The notes beneath the pieces are model-generated. The model had not been told where the DNA came from, searched no databases, and saw only the letters and a list, made by a program, of their open reading frames with translations. Below are positions 46,479-54,788 of a DNA stretch of 64,000 bases, one piece after another (positions within the stretch are counted from its first letter, which is position 1; every line of letters begins with the position of its first letter). Both the position numbers and the translations under genes were made by a program. This DNA is from a virus: IMG/VR virus record IMGVR_UViG_3300049491_000850, positions 31,516 to 95,515 of that record. One strand, 5' to 3'.

Positions 46479-48086
46479 ATGTCCGACAAGACAACCAATC
46501 ATCGTGATGACCTTGGGTACTTAGGTGCATCCTTTCAGCAAAAAGTATTATGGCAATTATTAATTGCTCCCGATTTTGCTGAACAAATCATCCCCAACTT
46601 AACCGCAGGGTACTTCGATAATCAAATTCATAAGTTCATTATGAATATGATTAAGAAGTACTTTGAGGACAACAATTTACCTTCAACTCTTCGTAACAGA
46701 TCAATCTTTGAATATATCAAAGGCACGAACAAATCCGAAACGGATAAAGAACTTGCCTTTGGTATATTGAATCAGATCATCAACTACGATAAGAGCGTTA
46801 TGGATGGAAGAATCCTTAACGATGGTGACATAGTTCAAAAAACAATCTGGTTGTTCGTTAAGCAGCAAGAATCAAAGAAGCTGGCAAACGATATTTTTGA
46901 TAAAATCAAAACAGGTGCATTAGAAGAGAATGTTCACTTCTTCGAAGAATCATTTCAAAACATTTTGAAGTTAGGTATTCGTCATGATGAAGGTGAAGAT
47001 GTATTCTACAACATAGAGGACGCGTTGCGCGAAGATTATCGTGAAGTTACTCCAACAGGTATCAAAGCGATGGATCAGGCACTTGCTGGTGGTCTTGGTA
47101 AAGGTGAGATGGGTATTGCATTGATGGCTTATGGTGTTGGTAAAACAACATTCTTAACCAAAGCAGCAAATACTGCATACAACTTAGGTAGAAATGTTCT
47201 CCAAATCTTTTTTGAAGATAACGAAGGTGACATCAAAAGAAAACACTATACACTGTGGACAAAAATTCCTTTATCTCAATTAACTGAGAGAAGAGAAGAA
47301 GCAATTAAAATGGTTAACGATCATAAAATTGCACACAGAGAAAGTGGTATTGGTGGACGATTGGTTTTAAAGAAGTGGAAGAGCACAGACGGTGCACCAA
47401 CAATTCCAAACATCGAAAGATGGATTAAGAATTACGAAAAAACGAATGGAATAAAATTCGATATTCTTTTTCTTGATTATTTGGATTGCTGTGAATCCCA
47501 CAAACCTACTCATGGTGATAAGAACGAAAGTGAACTTATTATTGTGAAGGCATTTGAACAAATGTGTTCTGATTTAAATATTCCATGCTGGACTGCGATA
47601 CAAGGTAATAGAAGTGCTGTACGATCAGAATACGTACATGGTGATCAAATGGGTGGTAACATCAAAAGAGCACAAAAAACACATTTCTTATTTTCTGCTG
47701 CGAAATCACAAGAACAGAAAATGGATAATCTTGCGAATCTTCAAATCATTAAATCACGTATGACCAAAGATGGTCAGATGTATGAAAACGCAATTTATAA
47801 TAACGATACACTTGAAATTAGATGTATTGAAGGTATGCGTCCAAGTACTCCAAATGATAAGGCATCGCACAAATCAAACAACAAAAAAGATCAACCATTA
47901 GAGAATTTAAGTTTCTTCAATAACATGGTTGCAAGCTATGTGGATAATGAAGTTCGTGAGAAAGTAAAAAATTCAGAGGCTGCTGATACTCAAGCAGATG
48001 CAGGTGGTGCGTTGTCTGATTTGATTGATAATCAAATAGATAAAAAGCCCGAAAATATTTCTGCTGAAACCGTAAATTTAATGTAA
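46479..48086 (+). CDS. dnaB: replicative DNA helicase (DnaB/gp41-like)
   Basis: PTGI..MD....GGL.KGE, Walker A GVGKTT, QIFFE, FLDYLD, WTA.Q.NR, IIKSR. Confidence 0.9.
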   Translation: MSDKTTNHRDDLGYLGASFQQKVLWQLLIAPDFAEQIIPNLTAGYFDNQIHKFIMNMIKKYFEDNNLPSTLRNRSIFEYIKGTNKSETDKELAFGILNQIINYDKSVMDGRILNDGDIVQKTIWLFVKQQESKKLANDIFDKIKTGALEENVHFFEESFQNILKLGIRHDEGEDVFYNIEDALREDYREVTPTGIKAMDQALAGGLGKGEMGIALMAYGVGKTTFLTKAANTAYNLGRNVLQIFFEDNEGDIKRKHYTLWTKIPLSQLTERREEAIKMVNDHKIAHRESGIGGRLVLKKWKSTDGAPTIPNIERWIKNYEKTNGIKFDILFLDYLDCCESHKPTHGDKNESELIIVKAFEQMCSDLNIPCWTAIQGNRSAVRSEYVHGDQMGGNIKRAQKTHFLFSAAKSQEQKMDNLANLQIIKSRMTKDGQMYENAIYNNDTLEIRCIEGMRPSTPNDKASHKSNNKKDQPLENLSFFNNMVASYVDNEVREKVKNSEAADTQADAGGALSDLIDNQIDKKPENISAETVNLM

Positions 48087-48159
48087 GTTGCATCCTATTT
48101 ATTAGGACACTTTAAACTAACGGTAGTATAATTTTTTATAATTCTTATTAGAATAACAC

Positions 48160-49134
48160 ATGAATATTTTTGAAAAACGCGAGACGATTAAACCATACGA
48201 GTATCCAAAACTCATTAGATATACAAGAGCAATACACGAAAGTTTCTGGACACCGGAACACTTCACATACGACAGAGATGTAGCAAACTTCAAAGTAGAC
48301 TTAAACGACACTGAGCGTGACATTATTAAGAAATCAATGTTAGCAATCGGTGTAGTTGAAAATAAAGTAAAAACATTTTGGGCGAGAATTGACATGCGAT
48401 TACCGAAAACGGAAATTGCAAACGTTGGTCACACATTTGCCGGAAATGAAGTTATACATCAAGAGACCTACGAGAAACTTTTAAGTCTCTTAGGATTGGA
48501 AGATGAATTCAATCGAGTTCATGAAATTCCATGTATGCAAGGAAGAGCAGAATACCTAACAAAATATTTGAGTGGTGTTCATTCGAAGTCGAACAAAGAA
48601 TTTACGAAGTCATTGATCCTCTTTACTCTATTAGTTGAGAATGCAAGTTTGTTTTCACAGTTTCTGATTGTATCTTCTTTTAAGAAGTACAAGAACCTAT
48701 TGAGTAACTTCAACACTGTTATCGGTGCAACTGCAAGAGAAGAAAATCTTCATGCAAAGTTTGGTGAAGAACTTATCTCAATTATCAGAACTGAAAATCC
48801 TGAATGGTTTGATGAAGAAATGGAAAATAAGATCAGACGCAATGTACGTAAAGCATATAAAGCAGAAGTAGGTGTGTTGGATTGGATTTTCGAAAAAGGT
48901 GAACTTGATTTCTTGCCAAAAGCAAGCATTGAAGAATATCTTAAATATAGATTCAACAAATCATTGAGACAAATCGGATATGCCGATGAATTTGAATTGG
49001 ATGAAAAGTTATTGGAGTATTCAAATTATTTGGACGTTCAATTGACAGCAACAACATCATTCGATTTCTTTGCTGAGAAGTCAACCGACTACTCACAGAA
49101 TGCATCATTCGATGAAGAGTTGATTTGGAATTAA
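48160..49134 (+). CDS. nrdB: ribonucleotide reductase beta subunit (class Id/NrdBi-like)
   Basis: KPYEYP, FW, E...K.FW, EVIH..Y, ENASLFSQF, EE.LH, DFF. Confidence 0.93.
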   Translation: MNIFEKRETIKPYEYPKLIRYTRAIHESFWTPEHFTYDRDVANFKVDLNDTERDIIKKSMLAIGVVENKVKTFWARIDMRLPKTEIANVGHTFAGNEVIHQETYEKLLSLLGLEDEFNRVHEIPCMQGRAEYLTKYLSGVHSKSNKEFTKSLILFTLLVENASLFSQFLIVSSFKKYKNLLSNFNTVIGATAREENLHAKFGEELISIIRTENPEWFDEEMENKIRRNVRKAYKAEVGVLDWIFEKGELDFLPKASIEEYLKYRFNKSLRQIGYADEFELDEKLLEYSNYLDVQLTATTSFDFFAEKSTDYSQNASFDEELIWN

Positions 49135-49160
49135 TTAATCATTTTAAAATATAGTAAAGC

Positions 49161-50870
49161 ATGAAACTCACTTGGTTAAAAGAGGATCAAAGAGAATTTT
49201 TAGAAAGAGGCTATTTGGAAAACGGTGAAACACCGGAGGACAGATATAAAGAACTCTGCAATACAATTGAAACGTATTGTCTTAAATTATCACAAACAGT
49301 TGAATCGATTGAATACTGTAAAGGTATTGGAAAACGTTTTGAAGAATACATTGCAAAAGGATGGTGTTCATTTGCAACTCCTGTATTAATTAATTTTGGT
49401 AAGAAAGAAAATCTTGCGATCTCATGTAATAAGAGTATTCTTAGTGATTCGCTTGATGATATTTACAAAGGTATCCATGAATTAGGTATGTTGGCAAAGT
49501 ATGGTGCGGGAACGTCACAGAACTTTTCTAATTTAAGACCAATGGGTTCTGATATATCAACTGGTGGTCAATCGAACACGATTCTTGATTGGGTTGAACT
49601 GTATGCCGATATGATGTCTAAAACATCACAGAATAGAGCAAGACGTGGTTTCTTAACTGCATATCTATCTGTTGATCATCCTGAGATCATGGATTTCTTG
49701 GACATTGGTACGCATAGAGTGCCAGCAGATAAGCAACGTTTCTTCCAAACCATTACAACGGCAGTTACACTTCCTGTTGGTTGGAGAAAATCTTTGAAAG
49801 AAGGTGATAAAGAGAAGCGTACTATTTGGGGCAAGATTTTGAAGACAAGAAAAGAAGTAGGATTTCCTTACATTATTGATCTTGAAAATTCAAACGAAGC
49901 AAGACCTCAAGTCTACAAAGACAAAGGCATGGAAATTAAAACATCGAACATCTGTACCGAGATCATCGAGTACTGTGACGATAAAAAAACATTTGCATGT
50001 TGCCTTTCATCTTTGGTTGCATACTATTTCGATGAATGGGAGAATCATCCTAACTTCATTTTCGATATGAACTTGTTGTTGGATTGTGTTATCGAAGAAT
50101 ACATCGAGAAAGGAAAGAAAATGGCTGGTATGGCAAAAGCAGTTAAGTTTGCAGAAGAACATAGAGCCATTGGGTTAGGTGTACTTGCATTCCACTCTTA
50201 TTTACAGAAGAAAGGTATTGTCTTCGGTGAACTTGCATCGTTCTCTGTTAATCAGAGAATGTTTGGAAAGCTAAGAAGCGAATCTGATCGTGCATCTAAG
50301 TGGATGGCAGAGCATTTTGGTGAACCAGAAATTTTGAAAGGATACGGTTTGAGAAATACTACTCGTATTGCGCAAGCACCAACAAAATCTACGTCATATA
50401 TAATGGGTGGTATTGCGTTGAACTTCTCAGAAGGAGTTGAACCACATAAATCAAACTACACTTCAAAGAAATTGGCGAAAATTCAATCAGAGGTGAAGAA
50501 CAAGGAACTTATCGATTTGTTGGAATCAAAAGGTAAGAATAAAAAAGATGTGTGGGAAACTATTCTCGTTCACAACGGATCGGTACAGCATCTTGATTTC
50601 TTAAATGAAAGAGAAAAGGCTATTTTTAGAACTTTCTCTGAAATTTCACAAGTTGACGTGATTAAACTTGCTGGTCAAAGACAAAAATTCATTGACCAAG
50701 GGCAATCGATCAATATCATGATCCACCCGGATACACCTGCAAATGAGATAAATAAGCTACATTTGCTGGCATTTGACGAAGGTCTGAAATCATTGTACTA
50801 TCAATATTCAATTAATGCTGCACAGGAATTTAACAAGGAATTGTTAACTTGCTCAAGTTGCGAAGCATAA
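49161..50870 (+). CDS. nrdA: ribonucleotide reductase alpha subunit (no ATP cone)
   Basis: ATP..NFG, ISC, SNICTEI (NxCxE), APT.S, IDQGQS.N, KSLYY, C-terminal CSSCE. Confidence 0.95.
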   Translation: MKLTWLKEDQREFLERGYLENGETPEDRYKELCNTIETYCLKLSQTVESIEYCKGIGKRFEEYIAKGWCSFATPVLINFGKKENLAISCNKSILSDSLDDIYKGIHELGMLAKYGAGTSQNFSNLRPMGSDISTGGQSNTILDWVELYADMMSKTSQNRARRGFLTAYLSVDHPEIMDFLDIGTHRVPADKQRFFQTITTAVTLPVGWRKSLKEGDKEKRTIWGKILKTRKEVGFPYIIDLENSNEARPQVYKDKGMEIKTSNICTEIIEYCDDKKTFACCLSSLVAYYFDEWENHPNFIFDMNLLLDCVIEEYIEKGKKMAGMAKAVKFAEEHRAIGLGVLAFHSYLQKKGIVFGELASFSVNQRMFGKLRSESDRASKWMAEHFGEPEILKGYGLRNTTRIAQAPTKSTSYIMGGIALNFSEGVEPHKSNYTSKKLAKIQSEVKNKELIDLLESKGKNKKDVWETILVHNGSVQHLDFLNEREKAIFRTFSEISQVDVIKLAGQRQKFIDQGQSINIMIHPDTPANEINKLHLLAFDEGLKSLYYQYSINAAQEFNKELLTCSSCEA

Positions 50871-50902
50871 ATGTTACTACTTATTTTCTTTATATTAATG
50901 AT

Positions 50903-50929
50903 ATGGCTCCATTGTTGGAGCCATTCTTT
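50903..50929 (+). terminator. hairpin / probable terminator after nrdA
   Basis: ATGGCTCC-attgtt-GGAGCCAT followed by TCTTT. Confidence 0.5.
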
Positions 50930-50980
50930 ATTCCCTTCTAGGGTAATAAAAAAAATATTTCGTAAATTTTTGGAGTTTTT

Positions 50981-51133
50981 TATAACCTTTTATAGAAAAT
51001 AGCGTATTTATCTTTACGTCCGAAAATAAATCGAAATATTTTTGAGTAGGACTTGACAAAGAGAAAACTATTTGTACCTTTGTCTTCCCGTCACAGAATA
51101 CCGAGACGGAAAACAGACGTTCTTTAAAATATT
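50981..51133 (+). promoter_or_regulatory. stacked promoters plus boxA-like antitermination element
   Basis: AAC(50984)-N16-CGT(51003); late motif GTATTTAT at 51004-51011; TTG(51053)-N19-TACCTTTG(51075-51082); CGTTCTTTAAAAT at 51118-51130. Confidence 0.6.
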
Positions 51134-51141
51134 AAAAAAAT

Positions 51142-51910
51142 ATGGGCTGCTTGAAGTCCATTAAAAGATAAAACCAGTAATGGTGATAAAGGGGGTGTGG
51201 TATAAACGCCATGTTCTCGATCTCCTTCCGCAAGGAAGTGGATACAATCAAGCAAGCATTGCAGTTGGATTTTTTATAGTGAGGGGCTTACGTCTGTAGC
51301 TATGGAGGGTTCGAGTTCCATCAACGGGGTGGAAATAAGTATGGAAACATATGATTGTAAAATGCAGGTTATTTGTGCACCTCCGGGTGTGCGAATCATG
51401 TCGGTCTGAAATCTCGCAAGGACGTAAGGCTGAGACCAGTTATTTCACTGACTTTCTCATAAAACGAATGGTTGGGGTGATGATGGTGACCGCAAGTCAC
51501 AGAGAGTTGTTTGGTATTGGCTATCCAAAAGATAGTTAGCCGAGTCTCAGCCACAACTTTCAGAAGTCCGAAAATATACTTCAAACGTATATCCCTTTTA
51601 AGGATACAACAACTTGTAAAAAAGAGCAAGTGCTGAGACGATTAGACAGAAAGTCGCATACTACCGTTGCAATATACGGTAATGGTCACCTCTCAAGGGT
51701 GGTCAGTTGATAGGACTTGTTGCGGTGGGGAGGCATCCTCGTTGTAGCGATGGACTAACTGAAAATGTCTGGTCGAAACGAATGGTTTCCGAACCGTAAG
51801 GGGAAGGAACTTGCGATTGTAGTGTACTTGCCGAAAGGTGAGTGGATAAGAAGAGAACCGAAAGGATAATGCTTCGAAAGTGCTACTGGAATGCTGTAAT
51901 CTCAGGCGTT
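51142..51910 (+). ncRNA. large ornate non-coding RNA, GOLLD-like (GOLLD/ROOL class)
   Basis: ~770 nt with no credible ORF; many GNRA-capped hairpins; long-range helices GGCTGAGAC(51428)/GTCTCAGCC(51544) and CTGAG(51633)/CTCAG(51901); tRNA just downstream. Family assignment rests on size and context. Confidence 0.6.
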
Positions 51911-51980
51911 TATCTTTCACACCATGTTGAGGAATCGATGGGGTGTTGAGAGAGAACTTCGATGATGAATCGAAGAATAT

Positions 51981-52052
51981 GGGGATGTAGTTTAACTTTT
52001 AAAACACACGACTTCGGGTTGTGTGATGGGGGTGAAAATCCCTCCAACCCCA
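51981..52052 (+). tRNA. non-canonical tRNA-Arg(TCG) or tRNA-like RNA
   Basis: Cloverleaf: acceptor GGGGATG/CAACCCC (one A-A mismatch), D stem GTTT/AAAC, anticodon stem CACGA/TTGTG with loop CTTCGGG, T stem GGGGG/CCCTC with loop TGAAAAT; no encoded CCA. Confidence 0.7.
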
Positions 52053-52055
52053 CTT

Positions 52056-52332
52056 AACTGGCTATTTATCGGGTTACTTCAAACTTTCTTTATACGAAAA
52101 CTTAACCACCTGATTATGCTTTCCAGTTTTTATTTTAAGATAGACGATCTTAAAAAACAACATTAAAGATATTGTGGCTACAGTGTAAGTTACTTCTCGC
52201 TCTTCGGAGCAACAAAATGGTAATTTGAACAAACACTAACACTAATTTCCACAACCTCATTTCTGGCTATTGATTCAGTTACTTCTACAATTTACAATTT
52301 AAATGTTCAACCACTGACTCGCGTTTCCAGAA
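52056..52332 (+). ncRNA. array of three structured RNA repeats (units 52056-52128, 52172-52254, 52261-52332)
   Basis: Each unit: closing stem-TGG CTA..inner stem-GT TACTTC..variable loop..CAC-inner stem..TTT CCA-closing stem; stems differ in sequence but keep pairing. Confidence 0.7.
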
Positions 52333-52381
52333 TTTTTTTATTAAAACCATTCTGATTTTAAAACCTGTAACTTTTAAAACT

Positions 52382-54544
52382 ATGAAAACAAAAACCCTAT
52401 CTCCAATCACTGCGGCAGAGACTGTCTTTACGAAGGCACAGATCGCATTCCAAAGAGGCTTCCTTTTGGGAACACCAAACAAGCCCATCGGTAAATTGCT
52501 GACCAAGCAAGAGAAATTTAGCATCCAAGCAGAATTAATGCAGTTCGGATACATTCTATCCGAAGAAGCACTTGTCGTTGTAACCATTGACTGGTTCAAA
52601 GATGTAATTCCTTTCTTGAGAAAGAATTTAGGTGTAGGCGACTACACACCATTCTATAAGAACTTCCCACAACAAGTGATGGAACTTAGCCATGCTGAGT
52701 TGTATTGGAATGCAATCATCCATTACTGGTCAAGTGGTACTTGGGAACCAACTTATCTGTTGAAAGAAAGAGGCTTTGCCTTTGAAAACACTAAGTTCAC
52801 AACTATCAAGTTGGGAACCGAAGAGGATTTCCAAAAAATCTTTACAAATCTTGTATCGATCAATCAGTCTATCACTGAAAACGATAAGTCTATAATCGAA
52901 TGGTTCATCCAGAACTATGCGCAAGGTATTGTCATGCCTAAAGTTGTTCCTTTCAAGGAAACACTTTGTATGCTTGCCGGACACGGCTTACCAGTTCCTG
53001 TACAAACAGCAACTGACGTATTGAGAATAGCAACCTATTTCTCAGGTGGTGATATTTCATTGCCAGCAGTACCGAAAGTTACTATTGACGAAGTTAAGGA
53101 AAATAGAAAGGCAACTTTCTTCCGTAACTTGAGAGATTCACAAATCGAAGCAAGAGATAAGTTTAAGTTCAAGAACTTGCCTAGAGCAAGAAGAAAGTAT
53201 TTGCTTTCATTGCTTGAATCGATCAATATTGATCTCGGTGAAATGAAGTTGAAACTCGAAAGATGGTTACGTCTTGGAGAAGTACTTCACGTAGGTGAAT
53301 ATAAGACTCGTTTTCCTAAAGCGTATCAAGCATTCAACGTGCTTAGAAATGACGTGCAATCAGTACAGACTTTCGAGTCTAAAATTGATGCTGCATTTCA
53401 AAAGGTATTTGAAACTAACGATGATGAATCATTAGATTTCGCCTTGATGCTTCTTTCTAAGAGACCGGGTATTTTCGCGAGAAAATTAGACTGGTTATTG
53501 AGAAATTTCGAGAATTCTGCCGTGCTAGAAACCTTCAAGAAAATCTCTATGAAGGTGAGTAAGAAAGTATTGTGGGAACTTTACAATCACTTCTTAAACC
53601 GTGATACAACCAACGCAAGATCGGTTATGATCAAGGGTAAGAAGTCAATAAAGAGAACTCTTCCAGAGTTACCTCCAATGAATAAGGTTTTGATCAATAA
53701 GATTCAAAACGTGATCTTATCGTGCATCGCTGAACACTTTAGCCAACTTGAAAAACTTGGTGATGTGTGGATTGATGAACAGTTGAAGAACATTCCTCTT
53801 CCTTCTGGAATGAGAAGTGTGAACACGGCAGTGAAGACTTACGTGAGAGGAACTAGAATTCCGTTCAACGCAGATGCTAAGGTTGTGAGACCTTATATCC
53901 ACTGGTTCGATCAACATGGAGATGAAGATTTGGATTTGAGTGTAGGATTCTACAATGCAAATTTGAAGGGTGTTGAACACATCTCATATACTAATCTTAG
54001 AAGTCAAAGATTGAACTCGGTTCACTCTGGTGATGTAAGACGTAGAGCAGGTGCGTGTGCTGAATACGTTGATATTGACATCGCTGCTTGTGCAAAGAAC
54101 GGTGTTAGATATGCAATGGTTCAAGTGCATAACTTCCAAAATAGACCAATGCATACAATGAAAGATTGTGTGTTCGGTTTGATGGAAAGAGAATTCCCGG
54201 AAGCAAACAGTATCTTCGTACCGAAGACAATCACTAATGCAGTTAAGGTAGCGAACGAAAGTTCAACCGTCTGCATCGTGCTCTTGGATTTAGTTGAGAG
54301 AAACTATATTTGGGTTGATTGTGAACTTGAATCGAGAGAGTTGGCTAACCTTGAAAGCACTTCAAATATGACCGCTCAATTGATCAAGGGATTGATTAAC
54401 AACTCACATTTGTCAGTGTATGATTTATTGTATCTTCATGCCGAAAGCAGAGGAACAATAGTTAGAAATAAGGAATTTGCTCAGACCGTGTTCGAGTATG
54501 ATGACTTCGTAACAAGCTACGAAAAGGCTGCAACCTTTATGTAA
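52382..54544 (+). CDS. ROT/TROVE-like helical-repeat protein with C-terminal TerD domain (Prok-RING_4-type architecture, RING finger absent)
   Basis: FY.NFP, TATDVLR.A...SGGD.SL, RW.RLGE.LH.GEY, RPG.FAR.LD.LLR, RGTR; TerD signatures DLDLS, HSGD, EYVDID. Confidence 0.75.
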   Translation: MKTKTLSPITAAETVFTKAQIAFQRGFLLGTPNKPIGKLLTKQEKFSIQAELMQFGYILSEEALVVVTIDWFKDVIPFLRKNLGVGDYTPFYKNFPQQVMELSHAELYWNAIIHYWSSGTWEPTYLLKERGFAFENTKFTTIKLGTEEDFQKIFTNLVSINQSITENDKSIIEWFIQNYAQGIVMPKVVPFKETLCMLAGHGLPVPVQTATDVLRIATYFSGGDISLPAVPKVTIDEVKENRKATFFRNLRDSQIEARDKFKFKNLPRARRKYLLSLLESINIDLGEMKLKLERWLRLGEVLHVGEYKTRFPKAYQAFNVLRNDVQSVQTFESKIDAAFQKVFETNDDESLDFALMLLSKRPGIFARKLDWLLRNFENSAVLETFKKISMKVSKKVLWELYNHFLNRDTTNARSVMIKGKKSIKRTLPELPPMNKVLINKIQNVILSCIAEHFSQLEKLGDVWIDEQLKNIPLPSGMRSVNTAVKTYVRGTRIPFNADAKVVRPYIHWFDQHGDEDLDLSVGFYNANLKGVEHISYTNLRSQRLNSVHSGDVRRRAGACAEYVDIDIAACAKNGVRYAMVQVHNFQNRPMHTMKDCVFGLMEREFPEANSIFVPKTITNAVKVANESSTVCIVLLDLVERNYIWVDCELESRELANLESTSNMTAQLIKGLINNSHLSVYDLLYLHAESRGTIVRNKEFAQTVFEYDDFVTSYEKAATFM

Positions 54545-54619
54545 TATTCAAGTCCGTTTTATGGGCTGGTGCACCTGACCATAATTAAGGGTAGAGTATC
54601 CCCGTGACCTCTGATAATT

Positions 54620-54652
54620 AACCCCACAGATTAACTTCTGTGGGGTTTTTTT
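54620..54652 (+). terminator. intrinsic terminator closing the ncRNA-TROVE/TerD unit
   Basis: AACCCCACAGA-ttaact-TCTGTGGGGTT followed by T run. Confidence 0.85.
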
Positions 54653-54788
54653 ATTTTCAAAATCGATCAAATATTAATTAAGTTTTAAAGGCTATTCTCG
54701 TATTTATCTGTAATAGAAGCGTCCAATAATTTACGAATTATTGTAACTCATTGGACGGTCATCAACTTACGATAAACAAGAGACATAA

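Noticed and set aside
43560-50870. Inteins or introns in RecA, DnaB or RNR
   Set aside because: Lengths are ordinary; no splice-junction or homing-endonuclease motifs seen.
51142-51920. Group I/II intron, RNase P RNA, tmRNA, or the short ORFs 51351-51539, 51396-51629 and 51693-51920
   Set aside because: No interrupted host gene, no recognisable hallmark motifs of those RNAs, and the ORFs have atypical composition and overlap paired regions.
52056-52332. CRISPR mini-array
   Set aside because: Conserved parts are short and split, units are self-complementary end to end, spacing is irregular, and no cas operon is in the window.
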